From: Octopus sinensis
Taxonomy: Eukaryota
DNA: 64,000 nucleotides
Direction of reading: 5' to 3'
Assembly (NCBI RefSeq): GCF_006345805.1
Contig: NC_042998.1
Location: 85,498,001 to 85,562,000 of the forward strand
Part shown: piece after piece, positions 26,772 to 40,267 of the stretch
Layout of the letters: each line of letters opens with the position of its first letter
How positions within the stretch are numbered: position 1 is the stretch's first letter
Translations under genes and position numbers: made by a program
Notes under the pieces: generated by a model
Seen by the model: only the letters and a program-made list of their open reading frames with translations
Told to the model about the DNA's origin: nothing
Database searches by the model: none

Positions 26772-29700
26772 CGAGGTAGTCAGAGTAAGTGACAGAGTAA
26801 TTAAAATTAGATTAGTTCTTCACCATAGGACAGCTACCATCATCTCGGCATATGCCCCTCAACCAGGGCTACCGGAGGGACAAAAAAGACCATGCTGTCA
26901 TGGAGGCTACGGTTTGGCTCTCGGAACTCATGAGGAAGGAACCAGGCTGCTGGAGTTCTGCGATGCAAATGACCTTATGGTCTGCAATACCCACTTCAGG
27001 AAACCCACCTCTCACCTATCGTCACCTACCGTTCTGGCAGACACACCAGCCAGATTGACTACATCCTTGCCAGAAAAAGGGAAAGAGGGGCTGATTATAA
27101 ATGCCAAAACCTTCCCAGGCGAAGAAATGTACTCCCCAATATAGATTAGTAGTTAGCGACTTCAGGATCAGAGCTAAATGGTTGCCCAGAAGAAGACCAG
27201 CTTGGAGGAGAAGGGTCTGGAAGCTTAAAGATCCTGCAAATGGACAGAGATTTAGAGACATACTACTCGAAGCCTCTGACGAAATAGAAGGGGATATAGC
27301 TTCACTTAATGTGGAAGACAACTGGAGATTCCTACGGGACAATCTGCTGACAGCCACTGACCAGATCTGTGGATGGAGCAAAGTACCATCTCGACCCAGA
27401 GTAACATGGTGGTGGAACACTGTGGTTGACAGGGCTATTAGACAAAAGAGACGGCTTGGAAGGACTGGAAGAACGGTGGTAGCAGGGAATTGTATCAGAC
27501 AGCCAAAAGGAAGCTAGGAGACAGGTTTATTTAGCCAGAGGGGAAGCGGATAAGAAAAATTTGCCAATGTTCTGAGCCGTGAGGATGAAAGACTTGAGGT
27601 ATTTCGTGTTGCAAGACAGTGTGTGAGAGAGAATCGTGATGTGGTAGGAGAGAAGTGTGTTCGCATGGATGATGGTTCACTTGCGCTAAATGAGGATGCA
27701 AAGAGAGAGGTTTGGAGATGCCACTATGAAAGGTTGCTGAATAAAGAAAATGAATGGGATAAGAGAGTCTGCCGAATGTTGACCCAACAGAGGGACCAGC
27801 TATCCGAGTTGATAGTTCCGTAGTAGCTAAGGCAGTTAGGAGCATGAAGACAGGGAAGCCCCAGGCCCATCAGGAATTACTGCAGAGATGCTCAAAATAT
27901 CTGGCAGTGTCGGCTATAACCTAGTCACCCGTATAGTCAACCAGGTGATACACGAAGGAGTCATACCCAATGACTGGTGTAGCAGCATACTAGTCAACTG
28001 CTACAAAGGTAAAGGTGATGCCCTGGATACAAATAATTACAGAGGTATCAAGCTGTTGGATCAGGTAATGAAGGTTACGGAGAGGGTCATAGCCCAACTA
28101 ATTAGAGAGAGAGTTAGTTTAGATGAGATGCAGTTTGGGTTTGTCCCAGGGAAAAGCACCACTGATGCTATATTCTGGTAAGGCAGCTGCAGGAGAATAC
28201 CTAGCCAAAGATAAGCCCCTGTACCTGGCTTTCGTTGACATGGAGAAAGCCTTTGATAGGGTCCCCGTTCCTCATTCTGGTGGTCAATGAGGAAACTAGG
28301 GATAGATGAATGGCTGGTGAGGGCTGTGCAAGCCATGTACAGAGATGCCGTAAGTAAGGTTAGAGTGATGCTATATTCATGGTAAGGCAGCTGCAGGAGA
28401 AATACCTAGCCAAAGATAAGCCCTGTACCTGGCTTTCGTTGACATGGAGAAAGCCTTTGATAGGGTCCCCGTTCCTCATCTGGGGTCAATGAGGAAACTA
28501 GGGATAGATGAATGGCTGGTGAGGGCTGTGCAAGCCATTGTACAGAGATGCCGTAAGTAAGGTTAGAGTTGGCAGCATGTACACAGAAGAATTCAAGGTA
28601 GAGGTTGAGGTTCCACCAGGGTTCAGTACTCAGCCCCCTCCTATTTATCATAGTCCTCCAGGCAATTGTGGAGGAATTCAAGACAGGTTGCCCTGGGAGC
28701 TCCTCTATGCTGACGACCTCGCTCTAATCGCTGAGTCACTATCAGACATGGAGGGAGAAGTCCAGGTGTGGAAGGAGGGTTAGAACGAGGGGCCTTAGAG
28801 TCAAACCTAGCTAAAACCCAAAGTACTTAATAAGTAGAAAGTTAGAAAATCCACAAATATCCTCAGGAAGATGGCCCTGCTCGATCTGTAGAAAAGGTGT
28901 TGTAGGTAGAAACTCTATAAGATGTACCCAGTGTAAGCTATGGACACATAGAGGGGCAGCAATGTCAAGGTAGGCTAACTGGGAAGAAGATAGTTTTTGT
29001 ATGTGGCAGATGCTCTGGAGCATTGACCTGAAAATCTGCAGAAAACAACTCCGTCACTTTCGGGGGAAAAAACTAGAAGTAGTTGATAGCTTCCGCTATC
29101 TAGGTGACCAAGTCAGTAGTGGGGGCGGGTGCGCTGAAAGTGTAACTGATTAGAATAAGAATAGCCTGGGCAAAGTTTAGGGAGCTCTTACCTCTGCTGG
29201 TGACTAAAGGCCTCTCGCTCAGAGTAAAAGGCAGACTGTATGATGCATGTGACGAAAGCTATGCTACATGGCAGTGAAACATGGGCCGTGACTGCTGAGG
29301 ACATGCGTAAGCTTGTGAGGAACGAAGCCAGTATGCTCCGATGGATGTGTAATGTCAGTGTACTTACTCGACAGAGCGTTAGTACCTTGAGAGAAATGGT
29401 TGTACCTAAGAAGCATCAGTTGTTGTGTGCAAGAGAGACGATTGCGCTGGTATGGTCATGTGGCGAGAATGGATGAAGATAGGTGTGTGAGAAAGTGCCA
29501 ATCCCTAGCAGTTGAGGGAACCCGTGGAAGAGGTAGACCCAGGAAAACCTGGGATGAGTGGTGAAGCACGACCTTCGGACGTTAGGTCTCACCATGGAAA
29601 TGACTAGAGACCGAGACCTATGGAAGTATGCTGTGCGTGAGAAGACCCGGCAAGACTAGTGAAGCCATAATCCGTGGCCCCTACCTGGGACGTAGTCAGT

Positions 29701-30293
29701 CCACTGCGCATACCTTCTTCTTGTGACACTTGTGAAGACCTGTTGAGGCAAGTGAGAATCGAATCAAATCAAATCAAATCAAATCGAACCAAATCAAAAT
29801 AGATGAACATCAATGGAATCTGTATCCTTGTGGTACCAGTGCGGTGGCACATAAGAAAACCATCCGAACGTGATCGTAGCCAGTCCTGCAACAACTGGCC
29901 TCCGTGCTGAGGGCACGTAAAAAACACCATCCGAGCGTGGCCGTCGCCCAGCCCCGTCTGGCACCTGTGTCGGTGACACATAAGAAAACACCATCCGAGC
30001 GTGGCCGTCAGCCAGCCTCGTCTGGCACCTGTGTCCGTTTGGCACATAAAAAACACCATCCGAGCGTGGCCGTCTGCCAGCCTCGTCTGGCACCTGTGTC
30101 GGGGCACATAAATCACCCACTACCACTCTCGGAGGAGTGGTTGGCGTTAGGAAGGGCATTCAGCTGTAGAAAAACAACACTGCAATTGACTGGCCTGGTG
30201 CAGCATTCGGGCTTGCCCAGGACCCCAGTGACAGTCCACCCATGGCTAGCATGGAAAGCGGAACGTTAAACGATGATGATGATGATGATGATG
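26772..30293 (+). mobile_element. RTE-clade LINE, 5'-truncated and frameshifted (partial APE endonuclease, RT, PHD finger, 3'UTR, (GAT)n tail)
   Basis: APE motifs VSDRVIKIRL..IISAYAPQ and GTRLLEFCDANDLMVCNT; the GDFN segment is deleted. RT motifs YRGIKLL, QFGFVPGKSTTDAIF, LLYADDLAL, FRYLGD. Internal 203-bp duplication. Confidence 0.95.
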
Positions 30294-31966
30294 ATATATA
30301 TACATACAGGTCGTCGTCGACTTATGGCCACATTCGGTTCCAACTAACAGGTTGTAAGTCAGCCTATAGACCTAAATACCTTTGTTTTATAATTTTACAT
30401 TCTTAAGGTACATTCTCAGGTAAAAGTTACGCAGCATCCTGTATTATACTATTATACTCACATTAGTCAAAAATTTCGGAGTCTCAAACAGTCATCTTGT
30501 AAACAAATACACAGTGGCCTTGATGTCTCCACAATAGGCTATTCGTCCAGCACTTGGGATAACCACAGTGGTGATCAATAACCAAACCTAGGGGAAGCAT
30601 TTGTTAGCTGACATCATCTGTAGATGGGTTAATTTTTGGAAATTAAACCCATAAGATTTCAACTGGACTATTTATTATTGCTGCCAGAGGCTGGTGTGCC
30701 AATCGTCATAAAGTCGATCGGTCTGACTCTTGCAAGCATGAAAATGTGAACATTAAAACATTGGTAATTATCATTTATCTTCTCTCTTTTGCTTGCTTCA
30801 GTCATTGGACTGTAGCTATACTGGGACACTGTCTTAGAGGGCTTAGTCAAACAAATCAACCCCAGCACTAATTTTTTTTTAAACTTGGTACTTATTTTCT
30901 CAGTCACTTTTGGTTGAACTGCTAAGCTACAGGGACGTAAACAAACAAACACTGGTTGTCAAGCAGTAGTGGAGGGATCGAACACAAACAAAAAGACAAA
31001 ATAAATATATATACAACTGGTTTCTTTCAGTTTCTGTCTACTAAATCCACTCAGAAGGCTTCGGTTGGTGCAGAGCTGTGGTAGATGACCAAGGAGCCAT
31101 ACAAAAGGAGTGAATCAGGAACCAAGTGATTGGGAAACAAACTTATTACCACACAGCCATGCTGTGCCTATAATGATGATATAAGTTTGTAATATGATAT
31201 ACACACACACGTACGCATGCACACAGCTTGTATAATTATTAACAGGAAAAATATAAACATCATAGCAACAATAGGCAAGAGTGGTCACTATTTAGAAGCA
31301 GACATATATGACAACTATTCTTACATTACAAGTCTCAATAAGAATTGTTGTCATGGTGTTGTTTATTTTTTCATGTTGATACTTATAATAAGCTGTTGTT
31401 TTACAATACATTTATGTTTACCTTTGAGGAGATGCAGAAATCTATTGAAACAATTCTACTAGTGTCTGTAAAGACATAAACATATACATTCTTATACATA
31501 CAAATATAATAATGTAATTGTTGTTAAATATATCAATAATATATTTTACATAGTACCAACATTATCTGGTACATAACTCAAAACACTGGAGAGTGGATAG
31601 ATACATATCATTATATCAATGTTGACAAAGTCTACTCCGTGTTTCACCCTTATCCATATATATATATATACACTCTTGGAGTGCTTGGTGTTAGGAAGGG
31701 TATCCAGCTGTAGAAACTTTGCCAGATCAAACTGGAGCCTAGTGCAGCCTTCTGGCTCACCAGCCCTCTGTCAAACCATCCAACCCATGCCAGCACGGAA
31801 AGTGGACGTTCAACAACAACGATGATGGTGATGATATATATATTTATTGGTGAGAGTTAAAAAGACACATACAGCACTTTATCCACCACATGCAGTTCTC
31901 TAACTACAGCCAAAGGGACTGGATCAGAGTGTACAAAGGAACTAGGGTTAATTAAAAAGCTATCAT

Positions 31967-32107
31967 AGAGAATGATGCAAATGAGATCTAGCCACTATAC
32001 ATGAGTAAATTCTGGAATATACCAGTATTTCATGTTCGTTGATGCTACCCTTGCTATTCTGGGATTTACTCATGTATTGTGGGCAGATCCCATTTGCATC
32101 ATTCTCT
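31967..32107. repeat. Isolated hairpin: 53-bp imperfect arms, 35-nt loop
   Basis: Arms 31967-32019 and 32055-32107 match at 46 of 53 positions. Confidence 0.9.
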
Positions 32108-32319
32108 TTTGCTCAAGACAAGTCCTTAACCTGGTTTCCGTACACTTTTCTAATCATTTCACCCTACTCATGTTACTACTAGTGTCTCTGACAAAGCATA
32201 AATATCACACAACCACATCTCTTTGCATTAGACTTATATAGATAAACCAATATTTCTTCTTGCTTTTTATATTGATACACACACCCCTTCCTCTCTCTCT
32301 CTCTCTGTCTCTCATCTAG

Positions 32320-32340
32320 ATTACAATTGTCTGATTACAG
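32320..32340 (+). other. Candidate 21-nt microexon
   Basis: (ct)n polypyrimidine tract + tag | ATTACAATTGTCTGATTACAG | gtaagc. Two of the three phases are open. Confidence 0.25.
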
Positions 32341-32584
32341 GTAAGCTTCTGGTGAGACAAGGCCATGACATGGTTTAAATTTTCAAATCTATTAATCTCC
32401 TTTTGTTTGTGTTGCTGGATGTAGACTGTTCACTCTACATAAATTACTAATCGCGTTGAGGAAAGCATGAACATCACTCAATCTGATTTTCACTCAACCA
32501 CCGCTATAAATAAATTTTACCTCCTACTCACGTAAGAAATCAATTCTTTTCTCCAGCTTTCACCTCTCTCTGTCTCTCTCTCTG

Positions 32585-32621
<37 letters not shown>

Positions 32622-32853
32622 CCCCCTCTGTTACTTTCCTTCCAAAGTTTACAATCATCAGAGAACTAAGTCTGCATTATGGTTTTAGTTGCCAATTGTT
32701 GTTATTTATAATAGTTAATGTCTTTGAAAAGGGCTGTGAATAGAAGACATACTATTTAATTTCCCCTCTAGTTAATCTGAGATTTCATACCTATGTAAAC
32801 CATCAATATTTATCTTTCTCTTGTTCTGCATGTCTGCCAGTCTCTCACTCACT

Positions 32854-32948
<95 letters not shown>

Positions 32949-33313
32949 CTATTCCAGAGAGAAAAAGCTGGGTCCTTATCTACAAGAGATTCTCTTAAAG
33001 CAGAAAAGTAAGCACATGTATGGATGAAATATTAAATATGTTTACATTACGTGGTGGTGTGTTGTGTTCTTGAGCAAAACACTTCATCTCATATTGCTCT
33101 GCGATCTTTTCGACACATGATGCAAGGTACACCATGCTTCTGTTCAGACAACATCAATTTGATGGAGAGAGTGAGTACAGCACAAATATTTGATCATTAT
33201 AAAATGTACAGCACCAACATTTGATCACTATAAAGAAATCATTTATACAGGTCGTTCAGCAAAAGCTGAACATTCATACATTGTCTTCAACAGGAGAGCA
33301 CATCACATACAAT

Positions 33314-33543
33314 CAGGGTTGGCCAAAAGACACCCGACAGTAAATCAAAATTCTATAAATACTGTCTGTAATTCTGTATTGATTCAAATGGAAAACTGTA
33401 TTGCTCAAGGATTTCAGTTTGAACAATTTTCATGATGTTTCATATTTAGATGCTTTTATTACATTCATTTAGTTGTTAAACATAAATAAACCTTTGGAAT
33501 TAAATGGTTTTTATTTATTGTCAGGTGACTTTTGGCCAACCGT
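33314..33543 (+). mobile_element. Tc1/mariner-type MITE
   Basis: TIRs cagggttggccaaaagacacccgaca / tgtcaggtgacttttggccaacc; internal MENCIAQGFQFEQF C-terminal remnant. Confidence 0.75.
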
Positions 33544-35970
33544 TTATATACATACATACATGCCATCCCTCAATATATACACACATGCATGTTCTTCCCT
33601 CAAATCCAAGGATTGATTTCTCTTCCTGGGTGAAGATTTGGACCATTAACGCAGGTGGTGAATGAGGCTAATGAAACCAATTGTTGCATAGAACACATGA
33701 TTACAATGACCACATGTGAATGTCAGAGTTGGTTGTGATTGCTGCTGTCTGACCTTTCATTGCCATTGTCTCTCCTCTTCTTTTTTTTTATTCTTTTACA
33801 AGTTTCACATCCATATAGGATTGTGGATATAACAACAGTTTGATTGATCATAATCTTCATTTTCAAAATTAGGTCTTTGTTTTTGAATATGCATTTTGTT
33901 AATTTACCAATAGCTGAGTAGCCAATCAGATTCTTCGTTCTACATCTTGTTCAGAATTGCATTTTGTGGAGAGCACACTTCCAAATGGTGTATAGTTAAG
34001 AAGTTTCCCTCACAACCATGAGATTTGGGCTTTAATACCTCTGTGCAGCACATTATCCCAGGCTGACCATGGGAATTTGGTTGATGTAAATTGTAGAAAA
34101 TCCAGTATCTTTTTTACTCTCTCTCTCTCTCCCTCCCATCACATGCCTACTGTGTCCTTATTACTGTTCTGCTGCTCTTCATCCCACATTTTCTACTCAA
34201 TCAATCATCTACTCTCCCATACCTTCATCAACTCAAATATATCACTGATTATCCCACCCATTCCCCAATCCATCACTAACTACATTCACCCCTCAACTTC
34301 ACCTTATCTCTACAGTTGTCCCCTACTATTCCTTACCTTCTTTCCAATATATACTTATCCCTCAACACTTGTTTTTCATTCATTATATTTACCCCCTCAC
34401 CTGTTCCCTATCACTAACTATCTCTCACTCTCCCATTTGCTCTCAGACCCTCTACACACCCACATCCCCTCACACTTTAACTCCTAGTATAAAGCTGCCT
34501 CCTTGTCTACTGTAGCCCCATTCAATCAAAAGGGACATTTTTTTTTTGCAAGCTGCATGACAACCTCACAAGTGTTGATATCACAAAAAATGCACTCAAT
34601 ATGCTTTGTAAAGTGGTTGGTGTTAGAAAAGGCACCCTGCCATAGAAATCATGTCAAAGCAGATACTGGAGCATGAGGCAGTCCTTGGCCTCATAGGATC
34701 CTGTTAAACTATCCAACTCATACCAGCAAGGAACATGGATGTTAGATGATGATAATGATGGCTGGATAAATGGATGAATGGAGGTTGTCTGAAGTGCAAG
34801 AAGCTCTCCTATTAGGTCCACACATTATAAAATAGTTTTGCATTGAGAAGCATCTTTATTTTATATGGTGCTGTGTGGTTTACTCTTTAGCCATTCATGT
34901 AATTTTCCATTGCATTTTCCTAGGCCATAGAACTTAAATGCAGAATTGCAACAACAAAACACTTCTCAGTTCTCCAGTATTACTATTACTTACTGCAGTG
35001 AATTATAAAATTCTGTAACACTTAGGATTAGGTGCACTGAGTTAGTTGAGGTTTTAATATTTTAACCAAAGGACTCAGCACAGAAGTGATAAGACATGAA
35101 CTATCGACATCAGATCTTTTTTTGTGTTGCATGTTGGAAATCCATGTCTTTCAATGGTTTATATCTAATTACAAAAATGGTTCGAGTAAATTCTTCCTTG
35201 CGGCTCTACACATGTAAATTGGGAATGCATGGGCATAGCCAAGATTTCAACCATGGAAGTTCCCCAAATATCGAAACAGACCCACCATTAGCCATTAAAT
35301 TTGCAAAGATTACAAAATTTAAAAATATGTAATTGAAATTAAATTTTGACTTTTTTGTTTTAATCATGTTTTTGTTTGTTACTGTTAGAAAAATTTTTTA
35401 AAAACTGGAATTAGTGAGAAAATCAAATTTTAAAAATTCAAATTGAGATATGCTGAGGACAGGACAACCTCTCTAGTGCCATGATAAAATATCCAGTACT
35501 TCCAGTAGTTGATGGTAGGTAGAGCATCCAACTGTAGAAACCAAACCTAAAATAAAATGTACAAATGAAGTGTGGTTCTCAAACTCTCCTATGGGGATAG
35601 TGGTTCCCCATAAGAACTAACTTGGATCATAACAATCCATTCAAACAATGAATAGAAAGTATAGAAAGCAGATACAAAATGATGATAATACTTATAATGA
35701 TCATTCAAAATTTTCAAAATGATAGAAAAAAATCAAGAGAGAGATGAACACAACAGTTATAACAGATTCCATGGAGTCTTGTTTTTTTAAAAAAATCACA
35801 TCAATCATAACTACCAAGAAGGTGAAGTTGTTCACTATATAACTGCTTTAGATGCTTCTCTTGATTTGATTTATACATGTGTGTTGAACAGTGACTTGCC
35901 TCCCTAGTATGTTTCTCTGTGGACTTAAATTAACAATGAAATATATGTTAAAATGATATTAAGTATTATA

Positions 35971-37154
35971 TCATGTTGAGTCAAAAGTTTTTCGTATTTC
36001 AAGTTTTAATAGTTCAAGCAAAGTACATACTTAAAGCATTTATTCATTAAAATATATCCCATCATACTCTATTGGTTGTTGCTCTTATGGTGCCTGAGGC
36101 TCAATGCCATGCTTCTTGTATAAAGCTGGTTTTGCACCTATTTTTAACCTCATCTATATTGTCGAACTCTGTCCATGCAGGAAATGAGCCACAGTTTGGA
36201 AAAGGGGTAGTATGATGGTACTAGGTCTGGACTGTAGGCAAAATGAGGCATCATTTCCAACCCTTCAAGTTCCTCGAGTTTATGCTTGGTCACATTGGCA
36301 GTGTGTGTTAGGGCATTGTCATGCTGTAGGAGTGCATGTCTTCAATTGACCAATGCCGAGTGACAGTCTTTCAAAACATCATATATTCACTGAAATTGTT
36401 AAGTACAAAGACTAGCATTCACAGCATGACTGTCTGGGATTAGCCCAAAGTGCAACACCCCATCAAACTTCTACCAAATACATAACATGACCTTCTATTC
36501 AAACCTTCCTTGTTTGACATGTTCTGAAGCCTAGCTGGAATAAAGCCACTGTCTTCTTTTATTAGGATCATGAAAATAGATCCATTTTCCACCACCAGCT
36601 ACAATTTGATGCCAAAAATGGGTATCTCAAGGATTTGCCAGCAGTTGTTTGCAAATGTTCACGCATTGTTGAACCTGGTCAGTTCATGAGGAGCTTCTCA
36701 ACAGCATCTGTTCACAAGGTGAAGCTTATTGAGGTGCCAAGTGATAGTGCTTTGTGAAGGAGCAAGTTCTGCTAACAGTGTGCTTGTGCTTGGCTGCTAT
36801 TCAACCGTTTCAAGCAAGGCCTTGTCTTCCACAACAGAAGGTCACCCTGACCTTCATTTGTCTTCAAGACTGGTGTCATCTTACTAGGCTTTCCACATCA
36901 TTAATTCTTTTGCTGCTGCCTATACAGCCAGTCCTTTTTACCACAGGTTGTGTAAAATGGCTCTAATTGCAATTTTCCCCCATTCATTATCAAAGCTGTA
37001 AAACAAAGAATAAACAATTAATTTGTATATGAAAATAAGGAATAAATAATTCAGCAACAATTGGACAAGTTGTATCAAATTAATGACATAACATGGAAAT
37101 ACAAGTTGCCAAAAATCATCAGTGAAAATCCCAAAAGCCTTTCACTCAACCTGG
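35971..37154 (-). mobile_element. Near-full-length decayed mariner (DD34D) element
   Basis: Minus strand gives IVAGGGKWIYFHD, KVMLCIW, LLQHDNA.THT and YSPDL.PS.Y, with many stops. Terminal repeats catgttgagtcaaaagttttt / aaaagcctttcactcaacctg. Confidence 0.85.
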
Positions 37155-37294
37155 TAAACACCAGTTTACAACATCTTTTAACAGCATAATTTTTTAATCT
37201 CCACATGTCAATTAGCTAGTATTGCAGGATGAGTTAAATGTCATATGGAAATGCTATGTATTATATGTATGTATATATATATATATATATATAT

Positions 37295-37341
<47 letters not shown>

Positions 37342-39620
37342 TGTTTTACATAGCAGGGTGCCTCAACTCTGTACACATGTTGGCAATTAAAATAAACACT
37401 TGAATCAAGTTATGAATGAATTAACTTGTAAGATTTTCAACATGAAATGATATTTGAAACTATTAGCACCAAATTGATATAGAAACGAGCAGCATCAGTA
37501 ATTAATGCTTATAATGTCTAATATCATTTTACATTGAAATAATCATTAACAGAATAATTATTAACAAACTAATTATTCAGAACAAATACATATTACCCAG
37601 TGGTATAACATTTCCAGACAGTCAAAATACTTTCTATTCTGCATAACCTGAGAAACAATTATCATTCAAGATCGCACCAGTTCTACTTTTATTTAATAAC
37701 TTTAATTAATATAATCAAATCTAAAACTTTTAAACATTTGCTATCTCTCAGTATACGTGTTTCAAGCTTTTACACATCTTTTTTGATCTACAAGTATTTA
37801 TGTACGATTTGTGTAGCACCTTGGGTAAGGGTCTTTAATGTAATCTTGAGTTGACCAATATCTTATGAGTGAAATTATCAGGCAAATATTGTACAGAAGC
37901 CCATTGTATGTGTATCTGTGTGTGTGTGTTTGTGTGGCTGCAGTCTAATGACTGAAACAAGTAACTGATAACAGATAAAGGGTAACATTTCTATCTCTGA
38001 TCTTAAAAGTAGAATACATTGAAAAATATATCTCTCGTTGTATTGCCACCTGAAATAATCTTTGTTAGAAGTTCTTCACTTTATGATATTTTCAGATGCA
38101 TATTTGTAAATATTGATTTGTTGTTGTTATCATCATCATCATTATTATTCATTTTATTTTTTTGTATTTAAATTGGCTGAATTTGGTTGGCATAAAGTTT
38201 GTGATATAAGTTTAAAAATATCAATGCTTTGTTTTGTTGATATGTTGCCTTTGATAACAGGAAAACCCCCAGGAAGCCATATAGTTTTATATTTCTCTCT
38301 TTGTTCCCCCTTTTTATTAGTTTTACATTAGTACACACACATCTAACATTTCACAGTTGTTTGTTTGAATGCTACTTTGGTATAGTGCTGTGGTATCCCT
38401 GGAAACAATGCTTTAACTTCTGATGATTCAGTTTACTTAGCCATAAATGAAGAAGAAGAATGACATTTGGATAAACACATATACAACTGGTTAAGTTCTG
38501 ACTCAAATTCTCCTGTGAGTAGTCACAGTACTATCCTTAATAAAAAGATGATGTTGATGAGGAGGAGGAGAAGGAGGAGGAGGATGGTGGTAGTGGTGGT
38601 AATAATAATTAAGCTAAGTTTTCTCAGTTTTAAAAACAATCCTCCTCCTTGTCGTTAACGTTATTGTCATCATCATCATCATCATCGTTGTTTTAATGTC
38701 TGCTTTTCTTCTTACGTGGATCATATGGAATTCACTGAAGGAGATTTCTATGTCCAGATACCCTATCTGTCACCAATTTCTCTTGTTTCCAAGCATTATG
38801 TTATATTACCATGGCCAGACATGTTTTTATGGAAGATTGGAAACTAAGGTCAACATTTGTATGACTGTGAGACTCACAACTATTACATGTCAAGACAAGG
38901 AGATGCAAACACACAGGCCTGCACACAAGTACATGTGTGTATATATACGCTGGTTTTCATTCTGTTGCTATGTACCAAGTCCATTCACAAAGCTTTGGTT
39001 AACCTAAGAATATAGTAAAAGACTCTTGCCCAAGGTGCTACACAGTGGGACTGAACACAAAACCACATAGTTGGGAAGTGAAATTCTTAACTGCACAACT
39101 TAAGGGTTAGTATCTTTAGCAAAAGATTAAATTGGTTGGCTTAGCAATTGTGTATAACTAGCCCTATGCATCTGGTTTGCACTGCAGTTTTTGTAAAGTT
39201 GTTTAATTTTATAACTATAAGCTAAGTAGCATTATAAAATCACTACTGAATTATGTATGGTTGATAGATGTCAAATTCTGGAGATTTGTTCCTCACCTGT
39301 TTAACAACATAGCAACTGAAGGTAAACACTGACCCCAGTGGACTACATAAGTCTGTAAAAGGAATTAATGCTAAGAACATCATTATCATCATTTTAATGT
39401 CCACTTTTCTAGACTTGCATGAGTCAGACAGAATTTGTTGAGACAAATTTTCTAGTCAGATACCCTTTGTATCACCAACCTCGTTTCCCAGCAAGTTAAT
39501 ATTTTTCTATGATTAGATATATTTTCATGGAAGACTGGAAACAAAAGATTCCATTTGTATGATTGATGCTCTTCTATAACTATCTTATGATGACAAAACA
39601 AGGAAACATAAACACACATA

Positions 39621-40267
39621 CAGGATGTTCAATCTAAATTTGACAGTTTGCATAAAAGGAAAATAAAGCACAATATCCCAACCAAAAATTAAATTATTTA
39701 AAAAAATCAAAAAATATCAACTAGATTATGACTAGAAGATAACAGTTTACACAAAGTAGCCACCCTCAGCTGCCGCAACAGCCTCCAGCATTCTTCACAG
39801 CATTCTTCACACATAGGGCCTTCCAGCAGCAACCCTCTCCAGCCAAGGTTTGATGACATTCTCCAGCAACTTCATATAGCCATCTGAATTGTGCCCTATT
39901 CAAAGATGTGGGGCAACCTGACATCACCCTTACTACAGACACACAGACACAGCCAAAGACCATCATAGTCTGGGGGGAACTTGGTTTTCATGATGTGCAT
40001 GTCTCATCGTACAGCCTTTACAAAGTTCACATAGCTTTGAGCAGCAGTCATGATGTTGGCATTTTGATACCTAGCACAAATCATCATAATACAGGTAACT
40101 TTTTTCCAGTTTTCAGGTGGCTTCCAGTCCTTGTCAGTTTACTTTTTTTCTCAACTAAAACTTTAATCTTCATTCTCTCCAATGCCATTGACTACTTACC
40201 AATACATCAAGCTGTTCCTGAACAAAGGAAATATAGAAAAATTGTCAAATTTAGCCTGAACATCCTG
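39621..40267 (-). mobile_element. Internally deleted Tc1/mariner-superfamily element, probably maT/DD37D-like
   Basis: TIRs caggatgttcaatctaaatttgaca / tgtcaaatttagcctgaacatcctg. Minus strand reads MKTKFPQTMMVFGCVS..GDV..PHIF...LENVIKPWLERVAAGRPYV...AAEGGYF. Confidence 0.75.

Noticed and set aside
29838-30115. Regularly spaced repeats superficially like a CRISPR array
   Set aside because: Whole units are repeated with no unique spacers, there are no cas genes, and the context is a eukaryotic LINE 3'UTR.
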